Assembly (NCBI RefSeq): GCF_009914755.1
Contig: NC_060935.1
DNA: 64,000 nucleotides
Source: the human T2T-CHM13v2.0 reference genome, Homo sapiens
Reading direction: 5' to 3' (one strand)
Below, piece by piece: positions 1 through 26,965 of the stretch (positions are counted from its first letter, which is position 1; each line of letters begins with the position of its first letter). The position numbers and the translations under genes are program-made. A model generated the notes under the pieces. That model saw nothing but the letters and a program-made list of their open reading frames with translations. It had not been told where the DNA came from and did no database searches.

Positions 1-9
1 CCAGCCTGA
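1..9 (+). CDS. SAC3D1: Last codons (Pro-Ala-stop) of SAC3 domain-containing protein 1; 3'UTR follows to about 110
   Basis: CCA GCC TGA at 1-9, then about 75 nt and AATAAA at 85-90. Identity is inferred from known gene order (SAC3D1 abuts the NAALADL1 3' end); only 3 codons are visible. Confidence 0.6.
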   Translation, partial: PA

Positions 10-84
10 GGAGGGAGCGTGAGCCTCCCAGAGCCCCAGGACTGGGCCAGAGCACTTAGGTTTCTTTTTCCATGGTTTCCAGGT

Positions 85-90
85 AATAAA
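85..90 (+). terminator. SAC3D1: Poly(A) signal of SAC3D1
   Basis: AATAAA followed by T/GT-rich sequence. Confidence 0.75.
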
Positions 91-127
91 AGGAACTTGT
101 TTTGTTGGTACCAGTCACTAGATGTGA

Positions 128-133
128 TTTATT
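128..133 (-). terminator. NAALADL1: Poly(A) signal of NAALADL1
   Basis: tttatt (AATAAA on -), about 420 nt downstream of the NAALADL1 stop at 553-555. Confidence 0.75.
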
Positions 134-552
134 TGAGGGGCTGTTGTAGGGAGTTAGGATACACAGCATGCAGGGAGAGGAACGCAGACTAGCCAAGGCC
201 TAAGGTACCCCAAGACTCACTTTCGCCACTGGTCCTTGGCCTTGATGACCTGAGTTGGCATCTGAGGTTGGCACGCATCCCATCTCCACCCACCTGCCAC
301 CAAGGGCAGTTGGTGGTTTTGCCATCCCATCCCTGTCCCCTGCTGCCCACCCTCTGCCACCTAAGCACCAGGATGAGGGTGAGTTGCATTAGGGCTTGCC
401 ACTCCCCTCAGGGACCTCAAGCTGTTGCCTGAGAAGCTTGAGAGGGTCCTGTGGTAGTGCCCTCTTCTGGCACCAAGGAAGACCAGGACATCTCAGGAAA
501 GCAGGCAGGAGAGGGTTGGAGTAAAGGGAGGGCTGAAGAAAGAGGGCTGGGG

Positions 553-13803
<13,251 letters not shown>

Positions 13804-13837
13804 CCTGCGGACTCTTGGCCAGCTGGGGTAGGACTGG

Positions 13838-13914
13838 TCTATAGGTTATTCCCTATAGAGGGGGTGTTGTGCCTGGTTAAACATTACCCCATGGGTGGCA
13901 CTGCCCTTTGACCC
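13838..13914 (-). promoter_or_regulatory. NAALADL1: NAALADL1 proximal promoter: TATA-like palindrome, HNF1-like site, DR1 (HNF4-type) site
   Basis: tctatagg-ttattc-cctataga at 13838-13859; ggttaaacattacc at 13875-13888; tgccctttgaccc (GGGTCA-A-AGGGCA on -) at 13902-13914. Confidence 0.6.
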
Positions 13915-14223
13915 CCAGCTGGCAGGGAGAGTGAGGGAACATCCCGCAGTGAGAGCCAGGAGCCATCCACATCCACCACATCCTGCACCATTTGCCTGGA
14001 ATGGCTCTCCAAGGGCAGCAAGGTCACCCAGGGACACTGAAGCCGAGAGGGAAGGGGCTCATCCAGGGTGTCCCAGGAAAACAGAGGCCAAGCCAGGGCT
14101 GGAACTCAGAGCTCCTGTGTTCACAGCAGGGCCGTGCCCACTGCCCACCCTCACTGCCTCTGCCTCCCTCCAAGGCAGCCGATCTACAGCATACCCAGCC
14201 CTACCTGCCTGAGCAGATTTTGA

Positions 14224-14591
<368 letters not shown>

Positions 14592-15405
14592 TATGGTGTC
14601 ATTTTCATTAAACAATATGGCATCTGTAGAAATAGCTAGTGCAGTGTCTGACATGTAGTGGGAGCTCATCAATTTTAACTACTCATCCCTCATCTGACTC
14701 TGGAAAATGTAAGGCCTAGAGCTAAAGGAAGAAGGAGGACCCAGAAGAACTCTCTGTGTCTATCCTGAAGGGAGCCCAGCGATACGAGGAATGGGAGTCC
14801 TGGGAAGGGAGGCTGTCCCAGAGGAGGCAGCAGGGGAAGCCCATGCCTCCCTGGCGAGGTGACTTCCTCTTCTATCCCCTGGCTCTGCCTGGACTCCGTC
14901 ATCCACCCTCCTATTTATCCATCCACCCATCCCTCCATTCACTTATTCATTCCTTCCTTTATACATGCAAGCACTGTTCATTCTGTGCTATACTAGAGCC
15001 ATGCAAGGCTGTGGGGAAGCAAAATCCAGCAGGCGAGGCAGACAGGCTTTAGGTTCAGCCATGTGGTAAGTGCCCTGTAGAGGGAGGATCACCATGCTCC
15101 CAGTGAAAGAGTGAGGAGTTCTGACTAGGAGGGAACATCTGAGGGGGTCCTCCAAGGCTGAAAAGGTGTTCCAGCATTTGCAAGGGCTGAGAGGGAAGTG
15201 AGACCCCAAGTATGCCATACACATACTGAGCCTCTTCCAGACCTCACGGAGAGCCAGGAGGGGCTGGGGGGGTCCCTAGGGACTTGAGCTGGGACTTCTC
15301 CCACCCTCCCATGGCCTATCCTGCCTTGACTCTGCCTCGCAGGTTGCAGCCCATGGATGGGCTCAAAGATGCCTGCAGAGCTTGGGGGCTGGATCAGGGC
15401 AGAGC

Positions 15406-15452
15406 GTGTGTGTGTGTGTGTGTGTGTGTGCACGTGCATGTGTGTGTGTGTG
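15406..15452. repeat. Interrupted (TG)n microsatellite
   Basis: gtgtgtgt...cacgtgcatgtgtgtg seen directly. Confidence 0.95.
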
Positions 15453-16149
15453 ATTTCACAGACCCCTCTCAGAGCAGCCTCCTTCCTGCTCACAACCCCA
15501 TTTTGCTGGCACCACCATCTCTTGTGCTGCTGGTGAGGAGGTTCAGCATGGGAGGACTAGGGGTGGCTGGGAAGGGATGTCATGTGATCAGTGACTTCAG
15601 GGAGGTGCACCAGGAAGCCACAGTTCTTGGCAACGTGATTATCGACGCCCAGAATATGACCTTGGATCTTATCAGAAGCCCATCGGTGCAGGGAGCATAC
15701 ACCTTCCTTATGAGGACACAGGACAGTCACCACCAGGTGGGGAGTGGGATGCCAAGGTCAGCTGATAAGTTGAGGGACTGAGGCAGCAACCCCATGGTCC
15801 TACCCCACCCACTCCTGGAAGGATTTAACCCCTCAATCATGTGAAGTCACAAACAGGACGCCTGGACAAAAGTGTGTGACATCTGAGTGATAACACCTGG
15901 GACTGTGGTTTGTGTTGGAGAGTGTGTAAACAGCTGTGTGTGTGACACCCAAGAGATCCACTCAGGCTGTTGGAATCCACTGGTGTCTACATGGCTGTAG
16001 GCACCAGACGTTAACTTAGTCAATTTTCTTTCCTTCATCTTTGCTGTGTGGGTGGTATGGCCCCTCCCAGAACATTCTGGATTGTGGGAGTTCCTAGAAA
16101 TAACTTACGGTAGTTAGAGCACATGAACACCTTTCATTTTCCTGCCTTA

Positions 16150-16772
16150 TTCTCCCAATGGCTCTGGGTCCAAGGGGTCTTCAATCCTCCAGGACCAGCA
16201 ATGCACTGCTGCTGGCTCCCTCCCCACTCTCCACCTGCCCCACACACTTGCCTCCGTCCCACCCTCCTTCACCTCCCACGTGTACTCACCTTGCCCAGTT
16301 TGAGGCCCTGGAAGCCCTCTTAACCCCCAATCCTCTCTGCTTTGGTCACATCCACTGGGAAAACACCATTCTGGTTACTTCTGACTCACTTTCTGCTTCT
16401 TCTGCGCCTGCACCCTTGCCCCTGGATGTGCCTGCAGAGTCACGTGGCCTCCCGGACACCATGTTGTGAAGACACTCAAGCAGCCCTGTGGACAGGCCTC
16501 ATGGTGAGGCGCTAAAGCCTCCTGCCAACATTCAGCACTAACTTGCCAGCCCTGTGAATAAACCAACTTGGAAATGGGTCCTCCAGCACCAGCCAAGCCG
16601 TCAGAATACAGCGGCCCCTGCTGGAATCTTGACTGCAGCCTCACGAGAGTCCCTCAGCCAGTACCACCCAACCAAGCCACTTTCAGATTCTTAACCTGTG
16701 GACACTGTGTGAGATAATACATGTTTATGGTTTTGGGCTACTAGGTTTTGGAGTGATTATAACCGAGCAAAA
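16150..16772 (+). mobile_element. MaLR (MLT1-like) LTR fragment
   Basis: MLT1-like 3' end (tgtgagataatacatgtttatggttttgggctactaggttttggagtgatt); subfamily not determined. Confidence 0.55.
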
Positions 16773-16774
16773 TA

Positions 16775-18290
<1,516 letters not shown>

Positions 18291-19405
18291 GCAAAGCTGA
18301 CCTACGCCAGCACAGCAACTCAACACTCCTGCTCCAGCTGTCTTCTGTCCAAGGGGTGTTCAGAGCAATAAGAGATGTAAAAGGTGGGCACGAGACCCCT
18401 GGGAAGCAGATCCCCTCTGGGTAAGCCCCACCAGACTGCCAAGGCAGCCATGCATAGGACACCTGCGTAACAGGCGCAGGTGCCCTCACAAGATGGGGAT
18501 GGGATCTAACAGACTTTCAGTGCTGGGTGTTCCCAAAGGATGACGTTGCAGGATGGAGGAAGGCCCTGCCAGGCTGCAGGGTCTGGCCACCCTCTTGGGC
18601 AGGAATACCAGGCCCTTTAGTGGGGAAGGGAGCCTGCTGGGAACACTGGTACTCAGAGCTGCTCCCACTGGGCCTGCAAAGCCAGTTTGGGGGCCAGGGT
18701 AGATCCACTGGAGATCAGATAACAGTCGCCAACACATGGAATGCACCAAGTCCACACTAAATCATTCATCCTCCGAGGTGGACACAGTGGAACCCCATGT
18801 TACAGATGAAGATGTGTGTCCAGGCACTCAGTCAAGGTCACACCAGACAGCAAGGGGTGGAGCTGAGAGTAGAATGCAGCGCCTGCACATTCACGAAGCT
18901 ATCCCACCTGCCATCACTAGGCAGGAGAGAGGCATCCCATTCTGCCCCTCACTAGAGAAATGGTGCCAGCCAGACAGAGGAGGCTGATTTGCTAACCCAA
19001 GCCCAGTGCCTTGATGACAGAGGCCCAGGAGGTGTGGGCACAGCTTGTGACTCACATGGTAGCCTCCTTTGACTGGGAGAAATGTGTGTGAATGAAAGGA
19101 CCAGGTAACACCCTGGGGCCCACGCAGCTTTGCTGTGGGACCTTCCTTGACAGGAACCTCTGGGCTGGGCTGGGACTGCTTGGATGCAGTGTCAACAGGA
19201 GTGGCTGCAGGGACTGACCTCAGGACAGCCAGTGAAGGATCCCTGAGCTGCAGAACCATGGCCAGGATGCATTCGAATCTATAAGCACTTCTGTGGTTTG
19301 GAGCTGGTTGGGGAGGGGGCTCCGTAATAGACTCCATTTCCTGCAGCCAAGCAGTATTCATGTAACCTTATTCGAGCGCTGTCCCAGGCTGAGACATAAT
19401 TAAAT

Positions 19406-19784
<379 letters not shown>

Positions 19785-19987
19785 TTATTGACAGAAGTCC
19801 TTAAATGGGTAATTGATTTAGCTGTTGATCCAACTATCATCAACCTCAGTACCCTATGATTCCCTTTGGGAAAATTGCAAGACAGCTGTTTGTACAGCAG
19901 GGCCCCTGGTCAAGGACAGGTCAGGAAGTAGGTGGTTGGGGAGGTCTGGGATCCCTACAGCCATCGGGTGAGGAGGGTAGAGTCTCA

Positions 19988-20137
<150 letters not shown>

Positions 20138-21591
20138 TTATAAAAATAAAATGTAAAAATATGAAGAAAAGAGATGTTAGCTCAGCTCAATTCAGCCTGA
20201 AGCTGGGGCAGAATCAAATAGTCACTAATCAAGCACTTCATCAGTTACTTTGCCCAGGCCTGATCCCTAGGAGTCTGGTGTAAGTCAAACCAGGCCTGGG
20301 GAGGAGCCACAAACCTGAATTTCCATCCTCTTGGCTGTTGTCTCCCTACAGTGAACATAAGGCAAAATGATCATCCCCAGCCCGTTCCGTGTCACACGAG
20401 GATTAACGAAGGAATTCTGCATGGTGGATCTTTTACCATCCATTAGACCTAGATGCTGTAAAGTTAGAGGTTACTTTACAGAAAACTGATTAAGATGCAA
20501 AATGATTTCTGCCCAGTGAATAATACAAGCCTTAGAGTTATGGGACTTTTTATTTTATTTTAAATTAAAAAAAAAATTTTTTTTTGAGATAGTGTCTTGC
20601 TCTGTCGTCCAGGCTGGAGTACAGTGGTGCCACCTTGGTGCGCTGAAACCTCAGCCTCCCAGATTCAAGTGATTCTCGTGCCTCAGCCTCCCAAGTAGCT
20701 GGGATTACAGGCACGTGCCACCACACCTGGCTACTTTTTGTATTTTCAGTAGAGACCAGGTTTTCCCATGTTGGCCACACTGGTCTCAAACTCCTGACCT
20801 CAGGTGATCTGCCCACCTCGGGCTCCCAAAGTGCTGGGATTACAGGTGTGAGCCACTGTGACCAGCCCGGGTTATGGGATTTTAAAAATAAATGCCCTTT
20901 AGAATATTAACCAATTTTGTATGTAATTTAGCAATCTTCTATCAGGATTCCTTGCTTTCTCCCCCTTGACTATATACGTGTCAGTTTTTTGTATTCTTTT
21001 TTGCAACCCCATTGGTGGAGGGGGGTTGGGGGCTCCCAGGAGGCCCTGGGCCAGAGGGCTCCTGGGTTGGAGGTGAAACTCAAAATCGATATGTATCTCC
21101 AGGCCTGAGGGGTATAGGATGCGGGCCCTTGGGGAGTTGCCACCACCTCTCTCTGCCCCCCAACCCCATGACTTACAAAGGGGAAGGGACTTTTCCAAGG
21201 TCACCAGATGGTTAGTGGCTCTTCCCCTATCCCTCCCCCGCCTACACCCCAGTATCCTTCTGCACTTTGGAGTTAGAGCAGGTACCCAGATCCTCCGGGG
21301 AGGGACTGCGGCCCCTTTCTGGCCTCACCCCAGTGCTTATCTTGGGAACATCGCCCTTGAGCTCTCATCTCCAGGCTGACAACAACCAGGCCTGGAACCT
21401 TCTGTGAGGGGTCGGGGGAGGGCAGGGCCATGTCGGGGAGGGGTAGATGCAGAATGGGTGAGCTGAGGGAGTGGGGGTGATGTCAGAGGGTGGCTGAGGG
21501 GCTGAGCTCAGTGTGGACGTGGTGACCTCCTGCTCCCCACCTGAGCCCAGGGCCCACAGACACTTGGTGAAGCTGAAGCTTAGCTTCCAAG

Positions 21592-21597
21592 TTTATT
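21592..21597 (-). terminator. Poly(A) signal of the cryptic coiled-coil gene
   Basis: tttatt (AATAAA on -), 8 nt after the TAG at 21606-21608. Confidence 0.65.
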
Positions 21598-21605
21598 TCT
21601 GGGAT

Positions 21606-21753
21606 CTAGGGAGGAGCTGGCTGAAGGAGCGGCCTCCCGAGGAGGTGTCCGACCTCTGGCCTGGGGCCTGGCCAGGCCTGACCCTGGTCTCTGTGGTCGT
21701 GGGGCAGGTCAGGCAGCTTGAAGAGGAGACCTGCCTTCCGGGAGTTTGGGTCA
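21606..21753 (-). CDS. Cryptic gene, terminal exon (S-DPNSRKAGLLFKLPDLPH...LLQPAPP*)
   Basis: Acceptor ctgtctctgcctgcag, phase 2, open to TAG, then AATAAA. Confidence 0.55.
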
Positions 21754-21831
21754 CTGCAGGCAGAGACAGCTCGAGTGAGCAGCATGGGGCAGCCGCCTCT
21801 TCCCTCCCCGCTGCCATGGCTGCCCGCACAC

Positions 21832-21959
21832 CTGAGCAGAGCCACCTCCGGCAGGGCCTGGCTTTCCTCCTGCAGGGCCTTCACTTCATCCTGGATGGCC
21901 TGGGCCTCCTCCTGGATGGCCTGGGCTCCCTCCTTCAGGCTCTTATACAATAAGGTGGG
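21832..21959 (-). CDS. Cryptic gene, heptad-repeat exon (PTLLYKSLKEGAQAIQEEAQAIQDEVKALQEESQALPEVALL)
   Basis: Acceptor aaccctttgtccag, donor AG|gtgtgc, phase 0 to 2, four 21-nt repeats. Confidence 0.65.
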
Positions 21960-22092
21960 CTGGACAAAGGGTTGCAGGGCTCGAGGTGGGTAGCCAGCCA
22001 TGCAGGACAACCCGAAGCCCCTCTAGGAGAGCTGGGCTGGGAGGCAGGGAGGAGGCAAGACAAAGAAATGGGGTCCTGGCTCAGGGTCTTAC

Positions 22093-22159
22093 CAGGTTCT
22101 GCAGCTTCTCCCCCAGGGCCAGGTTGTGCACTTGGGTGGTGTTCAGTGACTCCCGAAGC
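22093..22159 (-). CDS. Cryptic gene exon (R-LRESLNTTQVHNLALGEKLQNL)
   Basis: Acceptor ctgtttttcaaccctag, strong donor CTG|gtaaga, phase 2 to 0. Confidence 0.7.
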
Positions 22160-22934
22160 CTAGGGTTGAAAAACAGACCCCTCCCACCTCAGCCAGGCTT
22201 TTGTTCCAGGCAGCACTCCCCACCCCTCCCACCTCCTGCATCAGCCACCTGGTCCTATAGCCACCTGGGACCAGTGTTTCAGTAAGAGCCCAGTCTTCCT
22301 GTCCCGGCAAAACCACAGGTGGGATGGGAATTGTTCTCCCTGAGTGATTGGTAGCAGGGGACCGAGAGAGAGACTAATTATGCTTTTTGTCTTCCTTTGC
22401 AAGAGCAGGGCAGGCTGCTTCTGTGGGTGGGCTAGAAACCCTCTGAGGCTCCCCTTGGAAGGGGTGGGTGGTATAGGGCTAGCCGCTCCTTTGGGCTGTA
22501 GGCAGGGTTGCAACAGGATTCTCTGTGGCTCCAGGCCAGTGACAGGGCCAATGCTGGAACCAGCCCTGCCTAGGCGCTCCAGGTCAGCTGTGTATGAATG
22601 GGAGAGCTGATCACTCAGGTCTATGGCCTGGAAGCCTCCGTCATGCCCTGCCCCCACCTCAGGACCTTTGCTGACAGATGGGGCTCTGACCCCAGCATTA
22701 CCTGAGAGGGGCGAGCGGCCATGGGATTGTGTGGACCCCAGCTCCAGAGCCCGACATCCAGAGAACAAGCCCCTCCCCCAGACTGAACGCTCCTCAAGTT
22801 CTTGGACAATTAAAGGTGGGGGTTCCTGAATGCCCGTTCACCAGCCACGTGGGCCCTGACCTGAAAGCCAGGCCTGGCCTTGGTCGGGGGAAGCCCTGTC
22901 ACCCTACCCGCTCCCATCTGCCCGCCCAGATCAC

Positions 22935-23033
22935 CTCATGCAGTCATTCTGCAACTGCCTGATCTCCTTTGAGGTCCGCTGGGGGCCCCAGTCCTCCTGA
23001 TCTAAGAACTGGTACTCCTGGATCTCCGAGTCC
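22935..23033 (-). CDS. Cryptic gene exon (S-DSEIQEYQFLDQEDWGPQRTSKEIRQLQNDCM-R)
   Basis: Branch-like ctgac and acceptor cacttgctccag, donor GAG|gtgatc, 99 nt, phase 2 to 2. Confidence 0.7.
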
Positions 23034-23271
23034 CTGGAGCAAGTGGGTAGTGAAGGTCAGGCCAGAGGGTCTAGGGGATGAGGGAAGTGGGTGGGTGGTG
23101 TGGGGGTGCCCAGCCAAAGGCCCCGGCTTCAGCAGGCCTCTCTGGGCCTCCTCTCTGCACGGGCCAGGACTGAGTCCTAGCCCAGGTTTGAATGTTTCTG
23201 GGTGTGGGGTGGGGAGAAACACCATCCACCTCCCCCAGTTTTGTGCGTGCCTGCATGTGCCTGCATGGGCA

Positions 23272-23294
23272 CTCTCTCTCTCTCTCTCTCTCTC
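23272..23294. repeat. (CT)n microsatellite
   Basis: Seen directly. Confidence 0.95.
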
Positions 23295-23306
23295 ATGCAG
23301 CCTTAC

Positions 23307-23423
23307 GATTCAGGGTCTTTTGGCTCAGTGGGCTCAGAGGTGTTCAGGAGTGTAAACAGGAACGTGACGGTGGGTTCCAGTTGTTCTGAGGAAGGTGGCT
23401 TTGCAGAGAAAGCGCCAAGGTGA
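23307..23423 (-). CDS. Cryptic gene exon (HLGAFSAKPPSSEQLEPTVTFLFTLLNTSEPTEPKDPE-S)
   Basis: Acceptor tgaccctctccag, donor ATC|gtaagg, 117 nt, phase 2 to 2, open frame. Confidence 0.6.
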
Positions 23424-24029
23424 CTGGAGAGGGTCACGGCTGCTCACCCAAGAGCCTGGGTCCTCCCACACCCCCCATCCTTGCCATCTCCCTGTCTTTC
23501 AGGGGCCCCATCGTCTGTATCCCCCACCCTGTAGGGAAAGCCTGGTAGGAGGTATGAATGGGACCTGTCCAGGAGGCCCTCCAGCGCTGAACTCCCCTGC
23601 ACCCATTCCTCAGCCCTGAACCCAGGAGCTGGGCCTGGACGCCCTGACAGCTGGAAGCTGGGTGTGACGACGGGGGTTCAGGCCTCCATTCAGATACAGG
23701 AAGAATTTCTCCAGCTCTCCTGCCTCCCCTGCCCACTGCCTTAGGAGGCCCTGGGGTTTCCCATCACCTCCAAGTTCCGCTCCTCGGAAGCCTGAGGGCC
23801 CTTGGGTTCTTGCTCCTCAACAGGCTGCACCACTGGCTTGTTGGCCAGCTTGGAGTGGGCTCTTTGTCTGCCCCTAAGAGACTGAGAGAGACAGAAGCCT
23901 GCTAGTCACTCACATCTACCATCCCCGCTATGCCATTTCTAGCCTGGTCTGGTTTTTAGGGGGCGGCTTCCAGCCTGGCGAGCGTCTATCACCAGCTCTG
24001 TCCAGCAAGCCAGACCCCCTCAAAGTGAA

Positions 24030-24210
24030 AGTTGCCAGATTTAGTAAATACAATATAGGCCCAGTGAAATCTGAATTTCAGCTGAAAATGGATACTTTTT
24101 CAGTATCTGTCTCACACAATGTTTGGGATATACTTACACTAAAAAACAATTCACTGTTCATTTGAAATTCAAATTTAACTAGGTGTCCTGTATTTTATCT
24201 GGCAGTCCTG
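24030..24210. mobile_element. MER53-like hAT MITE
   Basis: Inverted termini gttgccagattt...aaata / tattttatctggcagtcct with internal tgaatttcag...tgaaattcaaatttaact. Confidence 0.7.
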
Positions 24211-24365
24211 CCAAACTACATGCTAAAAATATTTTGAGGCTGAGTGCAGTGGCTCACGCCTGTAATCCCAGCACTTTTGGAGGCCAAGGCGGGAGGATCG
24301 CTTGAGCCCAGGAGTTAGAGACCAACCTGGGCAACACACCAAGACCCCATCTCTGCAAAAAATTA

Positions 24366-24566
<201 letters not shown>

Positions 24567-25695
24567 TCACCCCGGTATTTTTCAGAATCTTGTGCATCTA
24601 CTGGCCAAGTAACCACAGACATGGTCCTTCTTCACACTGAGTCCACCTGCGCCTCTAGATCCCCATGGACTTGTGGCAGGGGGCTTGTGGCCTGGGCTTG
24701 TGGCTGTGTTATATTGTACCTTTCTAGGCAGCCTAAAATTACACAATTCCTGACCACGTGACATAAACCGACAGCTCTGCAGAGGGCCCCGTAACCCTGG
24801 AAAGTCCCAGAGCTCCAGCGTGGTATGGCTGCTGGAGAATAGGTAGCTCTGTCACCAGGAGAACCTGGCTGCGTATAACAAGATCCACAGAACGATGGAG
24901 AGTCATGCCTCTGAGAACCTCACTTTGGAAACGGCTTAAAGAAACAACTCCAAATAAAAGTAATTCACATGGACGACCACAGTAGCTGATTTACACCATG
25001 AAGAAAAACTGGAAGGGGCCTAAAAGGCCCAAATATAAGAAGTGGTAAGGAAACAAAGACTTCTTCACATGGTAGGATACAATTCACTCATGCGCTTACT
25101 GGTCCCTGTAAACATTGCCTGTGGCGTAGGCCTTGGGAACATATAGATGGACACAACCTGGTTCTGCGCAGAAGTTTCCGGAAGATGAGGGAGGCCTCAG
25201 GTTTGCAGCTGACCACAGTGCGGGGGGATGAGCCACACAGAGGTTTGTACAGCGAGCCCTGGCTGCAAGAGGAGGGAGCCATGCATTCTGCTTCGGAGCT
25301 CCAGAGAGACTGCACACAGGATGTGCCGCCGGGTCTCAAACAAGGACGCAGGGGAGACCAGAAGAGGGAATGGTGTAAGCAAGAGCCGTGGGGTCCTGCG
25401 AAGGGCCCAAGACAGGGCCTGGGCTGTAGCCCACAGGGGACGAGGAGGCATAGGGATCTTTGTGTGTCTGTTATGTGGGCTGTTTGGCCATAGTTCAGAG
25501 GGTGAGTGGAAGGCGTAGACACTGGGGCCAGGATGCCAAGGGCCCTGGAAGTGAAGAAGAGAGGCAAGCCACCAACTGCTGCATGTGACAAGTGTCTAAA
25601 CTCTGTTAATCCTGGAGAAGGTGTGCATGAGACCCTGTCACACCACAAAAGTGGGTCTTAACGGTGGTATGGGCTGGGTACCAGTGTACCCACGT

Positions 25696-26965
<1,270 letters not shown>

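Noticed and set aside
21593-21829. Alternative-frame ORF (RAAMAAGREEAAA...) whose stop overlaps the AATAAA
   Set aside because: It needs a frameshift; the 78-nt GT-AG intron model explains the region without one.
22241-22825. Long open minus-strand frame (ORF 22241..22768) with exon-like pieces at 22702-22825, from 22587, and 22233-22298 inside the cryptic gene
   Set aside because: One piece lacks a GT donor, another has an in-frame TGA, and the direct 22935>22159 join gives a cleaner continuous coiled coil. Treated as intronic, although decayed alternative exons cannot be excluded.
23874-23913. gtgagt...ttag micro-intron after ATG GTA GAT
   Set aside because: Only about 40 nt, below the practical minimum for human introns.
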